A model generated the notes under the pieces. That model saw only the letters and a list, made by a program, of their open reading frames with translations, searched no databases and was not told the DNA's origin. This document shows positions 49,215 through 58,101 of a stretch of 64,000 nucleotides of DNA, piece after piece (the first letter of the stretch is position 1; the number at the start of each line of letters is the position of its first letter). The DNA is from Candidatus Bathyarchaeota archaeon. GTDB taxonomy: Archaea > Thermoproteota > Bathyarchaeia > Bathyarchaeales > Bathycorpusculaceae. The position numbers and the translations under genes were made by a program. The stretch covers positions 61,618-125,617 of the forward strand of contig JALHSQ010000055.1 in the NCBI GenBank assembly GCA_022865885.1, in the 5' to 3' direction.

Positions 49215-49745
49215 TCAGTATTGGCCTACTCTCTTTCCTGCTTTGTAATAGAATCCTTCTTCGCCTTGCCACTTTAGCAGCAAACCGTCACTCCAATCAT
49301 AGTCTTCTCGCAGGTGTGCAGCCAGAACTTCACCAATAAACCAAACATGATCTCCGACTTCAACTTCCTTGACGACCCTACACTCGATGCTAACTGGACT
49401 TTCTTCAATAAGCGGTGCCTTGACCTTGACACCAGTCACCGGCGTAAGCTTCGTCGCTTCAAACTTCTCTGTGTCTCGACCTGATTTCTCGCCGCAAACT
49501 CGTACAGCGTCCATTAGCCTATCGTCAACCACGTTAACTACATATTCCTTGCTCTTACGGATCAGATCAAAAGAGTATCTTGAAGGCGCCAAGCCGACAC
49601 CCACAAGAGATGGCTTTCCCGAGAAGACCGCGAACATGCCGACGGTTATAATGTTCTTCTTTCCTTCATACTGAGCCGAAACCAAGTAAATTGGCCTGAT
49701 AGGGAATTGTCTCAAACCAGCCGTGACAGAAGCTTCGTTTTTCAC
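49215..49745 (-). CDS. Flavin reductase-like FMN-binding domain protein
   Basis: PF01613-like pattern (IITVGMFAVFSGKPSLVGV...SIECRVVKEVEVGDHVWFIGEV). Confidence 0.7.
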   Translation of the reverse strand: MKNEASVTAGLRQFPIRPIYLVSAQYEGKKNIITVGMFAVFSGKPSLVGVGLAPSRYSFDLIRKSKEYVVNVVDDRLMDAVRVCGEKSGRDTEKFEATKLTPVTGVKVKAPLIEESPVSIECRVVKEVEVGDHVWFIGEVLAAHLREDYDWSDGLLLKWQGEEGFYYKAGKRVGQY

Positions 49746-49805
49746 TTAAGAGCAGGCTCCTGAGAGATCTCCATGTGCGAATCCGTTATTTAATGATTTA
49801 CCAGA

Positions 49806-50282
49806 GTGGATTCCGATCCTCCGACCAAGCATGTCATGCGGAAATGCATTTTCTGTAGCTTATTTTTCATCTTTAGAATCACACTCAGGCATGTGGCATT
49901 CGGGGATAAAATTAAATTAGTGGAAGCAGCATCAAGCGTAGCCGTGAACCTCAAAACAGTAGTAGGCGCAATTGCTGTTACACTTTTCTTCTTTTTCGGC
50001 GTAATCTTAGCCTTAGCCACGAACTATTGGCCAACAAGCCTAGTGGTTGCTGCATTATTCTTCGTCGTAGGTTTTGGCATAATCGTCTTCATAGCTCGAA
50101 ACCCTGAAACGATCGTTCAAAAGCTGGAAGTCTCAGGCGAAATGAAGGCAGCTGGATTGAAATGTCCAAACTGTGGGGCTTCTGTGGATGCAAGTAGGTT
50201 TAAGATGATTTCTGGGGTGCCCTACGCAACGTGTTCTTACTGTGGGCACACGTTTGAGATTGCTGAGGAACCCAAATGGTGA
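49806..50282 (+). CDS. Membrane protein with C-terminal zinc ribbon (CPNCG...CSYCGH), start uncertain. Overlaps the start of the next gene
   Basis: Two or three TM helices then double CxxC. 7-nt overlap with 50276. Confidence 0.4.
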   Translation: MDSDPPTKHVMRKCIFCSLFFIFRITLRHVAFGDKIKLVEAASSVAVNLKTVVGAIAVTLFFFFGVILALATNYWPTSLVVAALFFVVGFGIIVFIARNPETIVQKLEVSGEMKAAGLKCPNCGASVDASRFKMISGVPYATCSYCGHTFEIAEEPKW

Positions 50283-51907
50283 GGTCTCTTTCTTTCTCGG
50301 CCATATTGATCGTTGCCTTCTTTCTGCTGTCATCTTTTGGCGCGATAGACGCGCAAGCACGAGAGTATCATTTTGATCAAGAATGGGCAAAGATCTGGAT
50401 AAACCAAGATGGAAGCATCGACCTATTCTATAACATTAGCATAACACTGGATAGTGGTAGCGAGATACATTACATAAGTGTCGGTCAACCTAAGGGCGAC
50501 TTCTCAATAGGTGCAGCCACGGATCAGTACAATAACACCTTGATGACATCGGATGCAAGCTCCGGAAGCGACTATAAGGCTCAAGTCAATCTAACTCCAC
50601 CATTGGAAGCCGGACAAACCATCTGGTTCACCATTACTACTAATGTTGCTCACATGATCATGGAGGACACGCAGAACCCCGGTAACGTTGGAATGCAGTT
50701 CAAGCCAACTTGGTGGTCGGAGGCAGAAGTGACTGATCTTCGCGTATCTGTAGTCCTACCCCCTAACGTCACCACAGAGAACGTCAAGACTCTTGTGGAT
50801 TGGGACAGCACATCGATGGAAAGCGGTCAACTGGTGATCTTTTGGGAGAGGCAAAACCTACCTCCAGACCAACAGTACACGTTCGGTCTTTCTTTCCCAA
50901 AGGAGTACGTGCAAACATACGGCACACAACCTTCAGGTGTACTCGTATTCTTCTCGAACTATGGATTCTGGCTAGCGGTGGGTGCTTTTTTTGTCGGCTT
51001 GGTCGTCATCATCATAGTCGTGGCCAGCAAAAGCCCTTACTCAACGCCAAGCATCAGTATGGAAACCTTAGGCGTGAGACGCGGTCTGACTGCTGTCGAA
51101 GCCTCTTGCCTGCTGGACCTTACACCACCAAAGATAGTTACAGAAATCCTCTACAGCCTCCTACAAAAGAGAGCCATTTGGGTGGAGTCCACAACGCCTT
51201 CACTCAAGCTCAAGATAATGAAACCCTTTGAGGGGAAAACAGGAACACGAGAAACACCTCTTCGATACTATGAAATCGATTTCCTCAACGCAGTCAAAGA
51301 GGATGGAATGTTGGACGAAGAAAAACTCGCTCACACAATAATGCGCCTTAGAGATAACTTGGAAGAAAAGACGCGTGGCTACTGCAGACGTGACACCATC
51401 GCCTACTATGAGAGTATAGTCAAGAAGGCCTGGGAACAAGTTGAGCAAGCAGGCACACCAGGATTAGCTTCCAACGCATACAACGAACAGCTTTTATGGC
51501 TGATGCTTGATCCCGAATATCAGTCAAGAACTCAAACATCATTTCGCGACAGAGTCTTCGAACCAAGCCCAATGTGGCTTTGGTTCTGGTATGGTTATCA
51601 ACACTATTACCCTCATCCAACGTACAAGCCTAATGTTGAGACGCCAACGCAGGGTGGACAACCACCTGTAATTCCAGGTTCTGACTTTGCAAACAATGTC
51701 ACGGCAGCCTTGACAAACACTTCCAACAACATTGTGGCTAATCTTGAAAAGTTCGCTAATTCCATATTGCCCGTGCCTGCTGGCGGAAGGGCTTCTCATG
51801 AACCTGCTCACAGTGATGCTACCTGTGTCTGTGCGTGTGCTGCGTGCGCGTGTGCTTGCGCTTGCGTGTCATGTGCATGTGCTTGCGCTGGGGGAGGAGT
51901 AGGATGA
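50276..51907 (+). CDS. Signal-peptide + single-TM protein (extracytoplasmic N-domain, cytoplasmic C-domain) ending in a Cys-Ala repeat tail. Candidate substrate of the downstream radical SAM/SPASM enzyme
   Basis: N-terminal signal peptide LSFSAILIVAFFLLSSFGAIDAQA. TM FWLAVGAFFVGLVVIIIVVA. C-terminus TCVCACAACACACACVSCACACAGGGVG encoded by a (TGYGCN)n repeat. Confidence 0.6.
   Translation: MVRSLSFSAILIVAFFLLSSFGAIDAQAREYHFDQEWAKIWINQDGSIDLFYNISITLDSGSEIHYISVGQPKGDFSIGAATDQYNNTLMTSDASSGSDYKAQVNLTPPLEAGQTIWFTITTNVAHMIMEDTQNPGNVGMQFKPTWWSEAEVTDLRVSVVLPPNVTTENVKTLVDWDSTSMESGQLVIFWERQNLPPDQQYTFGLSFPKEYVQTYGTQPSGVLVFFSNYGFWLAVGAFFVGLVVIIIVVASKSPYSTPSISMETLGVRRGLTAVEASCLLDLTPPKIVTEILYSLLQKRAIWVESTTPSLKLKIMKPFEGKTGTRETPLRYYEIDFLNAVKEDGMLDEEKLAHTIMRLRDNLEEKTRGYCRRDTIAYYESIVKKAWEQVEQAGTPGLASNAYNEQLLWLMLDPEYQSRTQTSFRDRVFEPSPMWLWFWYGYQHYYPHPTYKPNVETPTQGGQPPVIPGSDFANNVTAALTNTSNNIVANLEKFANSILPVPAGGRASHEPAHSDATCVCACAACACACACVSCACACAGGGVG
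51824..51889 (+). repeat. Coding simple-sequence repeat (tgt/tgc-gcn)n encoding alternating Cys-Ala (12 Cys in 22 residues)
   Basis: tgtgtctgtgcgtgtgctgcgtgcgcgtgtgcttgcgcttgcgtgtcatgtgcatgtgcttgcgct. Confidence 0.9.
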
Positions 51908-51926
51908 GAGTGAGCGTGGTCGAGCA

Positions 51927-53270
51927 ATGAATCTGCTCCGAAAGGTACTTGGTGGTACGATTCCTGAGGGTCGCTTCACCTATCGAGGGAAAGACAAGTT
52001 CACTGGGTTGGCGCTTCAACTTCGGGTTGAGCCTAAAGGGCTTGGTCTTCTCGTGATTAACGCAAATACTGTTCTTTACTTGAATGAAACTGCTACTGCC
52101 CACGCCTACTTCTTCATGCAGGGAATGCCGACAGATGAGGCTGTAAAGAAGATCAAGCGAATATACAGCGTGAACGCGGAAACCGCAAGGAAAGAGCATG
52201 AGAAATTAATCTACACTGTCAGTACATTGGCCCAGACAGAAAAGGTTTGCCCCATCTCGTTTCTTAACGTCAAAAGCATTGAACCGTTCACACAGCAGTA
52301 TTCAGCTCCTCTCCGCATGGACTTGGCGCTCACCTTCAGGTGCCAAAACAACTGCATCCACTGCTACGCCGGAGGCCCACATGAAACGAAGGAATTGACT
52401 ACTGAACAATGGAAAACAGTCATAGACCGCCTCCATGAGATCGGCATATTCATAGTCACTTCCACTGGGGGCGAACCAACTCTCAGAGATGATTTGCCAG
52501 AGCTTTTGGAATACGCACAGAATAAGGGAATAGTCACAGGGCTTGTCACGAACGGCAGAAAACTCAAGGATAGAAACTACGTGAAGATTCTTGAGAAAGC
52601 TGGACTAGATTTCGTGCAAGTAACCCTCGAATCACACAAAGCCGAAATCCACGACAAGATGACAGAAACTAAAGGAAGCTGGAAAGAAACAGTTCAAGGC
52701 ATCAAGAACGCGGTTTCCACCCAGATCTACGTGACGACAAACACAACCCTGAGCAAGCACAACGCGACAAGTTTTCTCGAAACGATCGACTTCCTAAAAG
52801 AGTTGGGCGTCGCAAGCTTCGGATGTAACAGCCTTATCTATTCCGGAAAAGGCGAAAAAATAGGCGACGAGTTTGTCCTTTCGTTGGAGATGCTCAATGA
52901 ATTGCTGCCAGAAGTCCAGGACAAGGCCAACAAGCTTGGCTTAAAGTTCCTTTGGTATACACCCACGCAATACTGTCGCTTCAACCCTGTAACTTATGGG
53001 CTAGGCATCAAATCCTGTACTGCAGCGATGATTAACATGTGTGTTGGACCAGACGGCGAAGTCTACCCCTGCCAAAGCTACTTTGAAAGCCTAGGCAACA
53101 TTCTCAAAGTCAGTTGGCAATCAATCTGGAACAATCCGCTCGCAGTAAGCATTCGAAAAAGAGAATACGCAGAACCCAAGTGCAAGAGCTGTCCGCAGAT
53201 TCAGCTATGCGGCGGTGGATGCCCACTTGAACTGAAAGAAAAGAAATACCTTTGTGCTGAGTCACAGTGA
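51927..53270 (+). CDS. Radical SAM enzyme with C-terminal SPASM domain and N-terminal PqqD-like RRE (peptide/protein-modifying maturase)
   Basis: CQNNCIHC (Cx3Cx2C). SPASM motif CKSCPQIQLCGGGC (Cx2Cx5Cx3C) plus upstream Cys. N-terminal LNETATAHAYFFMQGMPTDEAVKKIKRIYSVNAETARKEHEKLIYTV is PqqD/RRE-like. Confidence 0.85.
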   Translation: MNLLRKVLGGTIPEGRFTYRGKDKFTGLALQLRVEPKGLGLLVINANTVLYLNETATAHAYFFMQGMPTDEAVKKIKRIYSVNAETARKEHEKLIYTVSTLAQTEKVCPISFLNVKSIEPFTQQYSAPLRMDLALTFRCQNNCIHCYAGGPHETKELTTEQWKTVIDRLHEIGIFIVTSTGGEPTLRDDLPELLEYAQNKGIVTGLVTNGRKLKDRNYVKILEKAGLDFVQVTLESHKAEIHDKMTETKGSWKETVQGIKNAVSTQIYVTTNTTLSKHNATSFLETIDFLKELGVASFGCNSLIYSGKGEKIGDEFVLSLEMLNELLPEVQDKANKLGLKFLWYTPTQYCRFNPVTYGLGIKSCTAAMINMCVGPDGEVYPCQSYFESLGNILKVSWQSIWNNPLAVSIRKREYAEPKCKSCPQIQLCGGGCPLELKEKKYLCAESQ

Positions 53271-53383
53271 CTCAACAGTTTACCGGTTTTCTCCACGCTC
53301 GCGGTTTCCAGACTCTGCGCACTATAATAAGCTTAATATAAGAAAACCAATAGACTGCACACCAACAAGAAAGGTGGAAAAAC

Positions 53384-53803
53384 TTGGCATCGAAGAAATT
53401 GTTAGACTTGCTAAACGCAGGCATTGCTAGAGAGATGCAAGTTGCAGTGCAATATATGTGGCAGCACGTTCAATGGATCGGGGTTAAGGGTTTCGCGACA
53501 AAAGACGCATTCCAAGAGATAGCTGTGGCTGAAATGAAGCATGCCGAAGCGATTGCAGAGAGACTCTTCTACTTAGGCGCTATACCTACCACGAAGCCGG
53601 ATCCGATCAACGTTGGCAAAACCTTGAAAGAAATGATCGCGCAAGACGTGAAAGACGAGGAAAAGGCAATAACACTTTACAAACAGATCATAGAACTGGC
53701 CAGAAAAGAGAATGATGAGACAACTGCATTTCTTTTCATGGGAATCCTGAAGGACGAGGAAGACCATCACGATACATTCACAACCTTGCTGGAGCAAGTA
53801 TAG
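53384..53803 (+). CDS. Ferritin-like di-iron protein (bacterioferritin/Dps-like four-helix bundle)
   Basis: Glu/His ligand spacing E17, E51xxH54, E94, E127xxH130 (AREMQVAVQY; EMKHAEAIAERL; DEEKAITLY; DEEDHHDTF). Confidence 0.65.
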   Translation: MASKKLLDLLNAGIAREMQVAVQYMWQHVQWIGVKGFATKDAFQEIAVAEMKHAEAIAERLFYLGAIPTTKPDPINVGKTLKEMIAQDVKDEEKAITLYKQIIELARKENDETTAFLFMGILKDEEDHHDTFTTLLEQV

Positions 53804-54283
53804 GGCAAGCGTTGAAGCTATAGCGGACTTTGAAAACTCGTCTAGACAGTGAATTCAACGTCTTCACTATTTTCTTCTTTTTTGTTGTACCTCGAGAAGA
53901 TGTCAATGAATGTATCAGGCTCGCTTGATTTCGTGCTCTTGACAAACGCCATCACTAGATGAAAAGTGGAAACCTAGGAATGGGCTTATGTGGTTTTTGG
54001 AAGCTTTGAATCTGAAACGAAAGAACCGCACGGAATATGGACAAAGTGCATCAATCACAGCAGAATGGTCCAATGTTTCCAATGGCAAGGAAAACACGCG
54101 TTGTCGACAGGTACAACCTCAGCAATCTACTTGCTTGCACACATGAAAATGGGCGAGTTACTTTACCTCACCGTGCTGAAAGGAGAAAGGCAAGGTATAG
54201 TAAGCTCAACCACTGAGAATGATACTGCTGAATTATAGTATAAGGTAGATTTCAAGCAGATCAATATGTCGAAGTCTGAGTGA

Positions 54284-54841
54284 ATGCTAACCGCAAGCTG
54301 CTACAGACAACATCAAAAGCAATTAATAGTTGAGCAGGGTTCCAACAAAGAAGACACAACGTTCAATGAATCTGTAACGCGCCTTCAACGTGTGAGAGAA
54401 TTGAGCTTAAAAGAGTATTGGGACAAGAGAAGGTTTGACAAAACCGTCGAACCAAAAGGAGACATTAAATTGGGGAAAGGGAGCATTTATGTGATTCAAA
54501 AACACGCTGCTACTCACCTACATTACGATCTGCGTCTGGAATTAGACGGCGTATTGAAAAGTTGGGCAATTCCCAAAGAGCCACCGACCGAACCCGGCAT
54601 CAAAAAGCTTGCTGTACAAGTAGAGGATCATCCTCTGGAGTATGCTGGATTTGAAGGCACAATTCCAGATGGTGGGTATGGGGCAGGTACCGTTGAAATC
54701 TGGGACAAGGGCACCTATGAATTGACAAGTCGAAAAGATAACATGTTTATCGTGGAAATTAACGGCGCCAAGCTGAAGGGCACTTACGTGCTTCTAAGGT
54801 TCAAAGAAAAGAAGAACTGGCTCTTCTTTAAGAAAAAGTAG
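54284..54841 (+). CDS. Stand-alone LigD-type 3'-phosphoesterase (PE) domain protein
   Basis: YVIQKHAATHLHYDLRLELDGVLKSWAIPKEP, VEDHPLEYAGFEGTIPDGGYGAGTVEIWD and KLKGTYVLLR match the LigD PE signature. Confidence 0.75.
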   Translation: MLTASCYRQHQKQLIVEQGSNKEDTTFNESVTRLQRVRELSLKEYWDKRRFDKTVEPKGDIKLGKGSIYVIQKHAATHLHYDLRLELDGVLKSWAIPKEPPTEPGIKKLAVQVEDHPLEYAGFEGTIPDGGYGAGTVEIWDKGTYELTSRKDNMFIVEINGAKLKGTYVLLRFKEKKNWLFFKKK

Positions 54842-54908
54842 CATGCCTTGGAGTCACATCCACACAGAAGTACCTTGCCAATGATGAAGGTCGAAGTTTC
54901 TTCGCAGT

Positions 54909-55208
54909 TTACTCAACTGTCAGTTTTCCGTATTTTCCTATGTTTAACTGTATTTCTCCCCTGAAGCTCGTGACATAGCCGTTCTCTATCTTGACAGTGT
55001 TGCCAACACTCACTTGGTCAATCTGTTCATTCCACAGAGTCAGTTTTATTGTACCCGTATCATCGGCGATAACTGCACTAGCAACTTTGAGCGCTTGATC
55101 CTTGAACCTAGATGTGACTTCACGCGTCTCATCTTTCTCGGTAACCTCAGCTTCAATGCTTACTCTTTTCATACCATCTCGCAATTCCTTTACCTTCACT
55201 TCAATCAT
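54909..55208 (-). CDS. OB-fold nucleic-acid-binding protein (RPA/SSB-like)
   Basis: 99 aa with OB-like pattern (GTIKLTLWNEQIDQVSVGNTVKIENGYV). Confidence 0.5.
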   Translation of the reverse strand: MIEVKVKELRDGMKRVSIEAEVTEKDETREVTSRFKDQALKVASAVIADDTGTIKLTLWNEQIDQVSVGNTVKIENGYVTSFRGEIQLNIGKYGKLTVE

Positions 55209-55214
55209 TCCTCC

Positions 55215-55349
55215 CTAAACAATTCTTTCGCTACCGAATTTTCCACCAACTGATCGGATTCTGACTCTAACGCGTTCCCCTATCTTGCCATTTGGAACAA
55301 AAATCAGGTAGCTTTTCCTGACATTGTGCACTTCGAGTATGGTTGCCAT
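55215..55349 (-). CDS. Short TRAM-domain-like protein (44 aa, not in the ORF track), immediately upstream of the OB-fold gene
   Basis: MATILEVHNVRKSYLIFVPNGKIGERVRVRIRSVGGKFGSERIV resembles the C-terminal half of archaeal TRAM proteins (FVPG..GE.V.V.I). Confidence 0.35.
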   Translation of the reverse strand: MATILEVHNVRKSYLIFVPNGKIGERVRVRIRSVGGKFGSERIV

Positions 55350-55409
55350 TGCGTAGAAAGGCGATCGCTTGAGTTTAAAAACCTTGCTTGCGAAATCTGC
55401 TGGTTCACT

Positions 55410-56558
55410 TTATGCGAAGAACAGTAGAACGTAGTGAGGTAGGAACGCGATCACGGACATAATCATGCAGTTGCGTAATGGGAGACTGAATCCTGCTCGC
55501 AAGGCTAATGCAGCGAGCACTATCGACCATATTGGCACTAGGAGTGTTATGTAGTAGCTGAATGTGACAACGTTGTTGTAGGCGGATAGTGGGGTGACAG
55601 TGTCGAGCGAGAAGTACATGGGCGAAGACGAAAGATACATGACGCTGAACAGTAGCTGCATGAATACAAAGGCCATTAGTGAGTATCCTATTATTATGAA
55701 GAGCGTTTTGAGATCTGTCTTGATCTTGAATATTTTGGAAGCGACAAAGAGCACAAGGCCGAATATCATCCAGTTTACTGCAAAAGTCATTACTGCTGAT
55801 ACGACTGATATCGGGTAGTTACTGCCTATGCTGTCCAGCAGCAGACTGAACCTATCAGATTGGAAGAACACTTGGTCAACGCGAACAGTCAGATTCGATC
55901 TGTTTGATTCTGCCCAAGTTGCCTCGAATCCTAAGCCAGTAACATTACCCCAACTCGGTTGGGAGCCATCGTCCAGCCATCCTTCTGCAGTGGGTCCAAG
56001 CGGAATCGTAAGATTTTCCCATTGGCCGTTTCCCGTCGCATTAATGAAGCCGGACAGATCGCGAGAGAAGTGCGATGTCGCATTCATGGTATAGACGTTT
56101 AGACTTAGGTTTTGGGGTGCGCTCAAGGTTGGGTGGATCCATCTCATACTGAAAGTCAGGTTGCCATATCCATCCCCACTTGAGCAGTCTATCGTGCCGA
56201 TGCTTTTGAGTTCACACCATATTGTGGTATCATTCGTGGCGTCGAATTGAATGCTTCCTGATCCAATGATTCTGTCATTATTGGCGAGCGTTATGTTGGC
56301 GTTGGATTGCCACATTGCCGCGTTTTCAGTCCAAGGATCGGGATTCGTGGAATCAAGTGAGTCTGGCAGCAACATTTGCACGTAGATCCTAGAAGCTCTT
56401 GCGTATTCGCTTCCAACACTCGCTAGAATGAACAAAACCATTATTATGATCGGTCCGAACACCTTCGGTTTCCGCATTATCTCTTTGAAGGCCTTGTGTG
56501 GGGCATAAATGATCTTGAGTACTCCATGTGCAAACAATCGTTCATGCTCCTTCTGCAT
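55410..56558 (-). CDS. Membrane protein with large N-glycosylation-sequon-rich extracytoplasmic domain and C-terminal multi-TM region
   Basis: N-terminal TM, many N-x-S/T sequons, 4-5 C-terminal TM helices. Confidence 0.4.
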   Translation of the reverse strand: MQKEHERLFAHGVLKIIYAPHKAFKEIMRKPKVFGPIIIMVLFILASVGSEYARASRIYVQMLLPDSLDSTNPDPWTENAAMWQSNANITLANNDRIIGSGSIQFDATNDTTIWCELKSIGTIDCSSGDGYGNLTFSMRWIHPTLSAPQNLSLNVYTMNATSHFSRDLSGFINATGNGQWENLTIPLGPTAEGWLDDGSQPSWGNVTGLGFEATWAESNRSNLTVRVDQVFFQSDRFSLLLDSIGSNYPISVVSAVMTFAVNWMIFGLVLFVASKIFKIKTDLKTLFIIIGYSLMAFVFMQLLFSVMYLSSSPMYFSLDTVTPLSAYNNVVTFSYYITLLVPIWSIVLAALALRAGFSLPLRNCMIMSVIAFLPHYVLLFFA

Positions 56559-56587
56559 TAGACTGTTGCAGGTTCTTTAACGTTTTT

Positions 56588-58099
56588 CTACATTCCAAGC
56601 TTTAGCCGCCTGTACGTCGTATAATCCACATATTCTAGGAAAGGATTTTCTGCTTGGTATTTAACTGTTAGTTTTTGTCGTTGCCTTTTCTCTAGGATTT
56701 GACTTGTGGTGATGAGTGAGTAGGCGTCGCTTCCTGCTCCTGAACCATAACTGGCAACTAGGATACGTTTTTCAGGTTCAGCCACATCTAGGACAGCCGC
56801 TAAGCCTAGGGGTGACGCGGCGGAATACGTGTTGCCAAACTTGATCACCTGCAATGATGGTGAGTATTGTTCTTCTTTGAATCCAAGTTCTTTCGCGATT
56901 CTTGCAGGAAATTGCGGGTTAGGTTGGTGGGCGACGAAGTAGTCAATGTCGTTGGGTCGCAAGTTGAGACGTTCCATCAGTTTCTTGGCTGCTTTTCTGA
57001 CGTGTTTGAAATATGCGGGGTCGCCTGTGAATCTTCCCCCGTGCATGGGAAATGGTTCGCCGTCTCTGCGCCAAAAATCAGGAGTGTCTGAAGTGCATGA
57101 GTACCATCCTTCGATTTCGGCAACTACGTCGGTTTTTCCGAAAATACAGGCTGCTGCTCCGTAGCCAACGAACATGTCCAGTTCTCCGCCTGGGCTATCT
57201 CTAGGCGCTGCTTGAGAGTTGTCTGTGCCTATTACCATGGCATTCTTCACGTTCGATTTCGAGTAGTTGACGAGTGAAGCCGCGTCCTTGAAGACGCTGG
57301 TTGCAGCCTTACAAGCAAACTCTGTGTCCACAGCGTCAACTCCTTGCACGTCGTCTTCATCTTCTTCTCCGAGTTTTAGGACCTGAGCAACCTTTGAGGC
57401 TATGGGTTTAACGGCGTACGGGTTGGACTCTGAGCCCACGTAGATCTTGCCTACAAGCGAGTTGTCGATTCCAGAGTGGATAAGCGCCAGTTTACCAGCT
57501 TCCACGGCAGCTGTTATGGCGTCTTCATCAATAAAGGGAACTGCGCGTTGTATGCTGCCTTCTTTCACCCTGAACCTTGAAGAATAAAAACCGTAACCCA
57601 CGATTCCAGCATTGTCATACTCCTTGTTCTTCTTAGCAATGCTGTATTCTTGGTATGGGTAGTACTCGTCGGCGAAAGTAAACGCCAGGGAAATTGTTGG
57701 GATGATATCGTTTCTGTCAACAGAATAGCGTCTTCTGAATCTCGGAACGACTGGTCTTCCTTCTAAAGCTGAGAAGTCGACGATTTCGTTGTTTTTTATC
57801 ATGCGGTCAGTTAGTCTTCCTGGTACGCGTATCTTTCCTTCGTGAAACGAGACTATACCATAAATGTAGCTGCCCAGTTTCGTGAACTTGTTTGTGGGCT
57901 CGTTGACGAGGGTGCTTACTTCAAGATTTCCAACATCATAGAAAAGGTCTGAGTCGATCATTTTTCTATAGCTTTTCCTTCCACAGTTGCCACAATAGTC
58001 TCTTATTTCAAAGTATTCTTTTCCGCAAATCTGGCAGCGCGTTCCTCTTAATCTGTCGCCGAGGTAAGACACTCTTCTTTCTATCGGTTCACTGCTCAT
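56588..58099 (-). CDS. HMG-CoA synthase with N-terminally fused DUF35 (Zn-ribbon + OB-fold) domain
   Basis: DUF35 is CQICGKEYFEIRDYCGNCG plus the OB segment. HMGCS is GIVGYGFY..., GSESNPYAVKP, EFACKAATSV. Confidence 0.8.
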   Translation of the reverse strand: MSSEPIERRVSYLGDRLRGTRCQICGKEYFEIRDYCGNCGRKSYRKMIDSDLFYDVGNLEVSTLVNEPTNKFTKLGSYIYGIVSFHEGKIRVPGRLTDRMIKNNEIVDFSALEGRPVVPRFRRRYSVDRNDIIPTISLAFTFADEYYPYQEYSIAKKNKEYDNAGIVGYGFYSSRFRVKEGSIQRAVPFIDEDAITAAVEAGKLALIHSGIDNSLVGKIYVGSESNPYAVKPIASKVAQVLKLGEEDEDDVQGVDAVDTEFACKAATSVFKDAASLVNYSKSNVKNAMVIGTDNSQAAPRDSPGGELDMFVGYGAAACIFGKTDVVAEIEGWYSCTSDTPDFWRRDGEPFPMHGGRFTGDPAYFKHVRKAAKKLMERLNLRPNDIDYFVAHQPNPQFPARIAKELGFKEEQYSPSLQVIKFGNTYSAASPLGLAAVLDVAEPEKRILVASYGSGAGSDAYSLITTSQILEKRQRQKLTVKYQAENPFLEYVDYTTYRRLKLGM

Positions 58100-58101
58100 T
58101 T

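Noticed and set aside
51819-52199. Minus-strand ORF with His/Thr/Arg repeat (RKHTRTQHTHRHR)
   Set aside because: Antisense translation of the Cys-Ala coding microsatellite and the start of the rSAM gene. Artefact.
53804-54283. About 480-bp gap with only short ORF calls (53915..54097, 53990..54238)
   Set aside because: No motif support for the ORFs. Possibly the leader or promoter of the PE gene or an ncRNA, but nothing recognisable from sequence alone.
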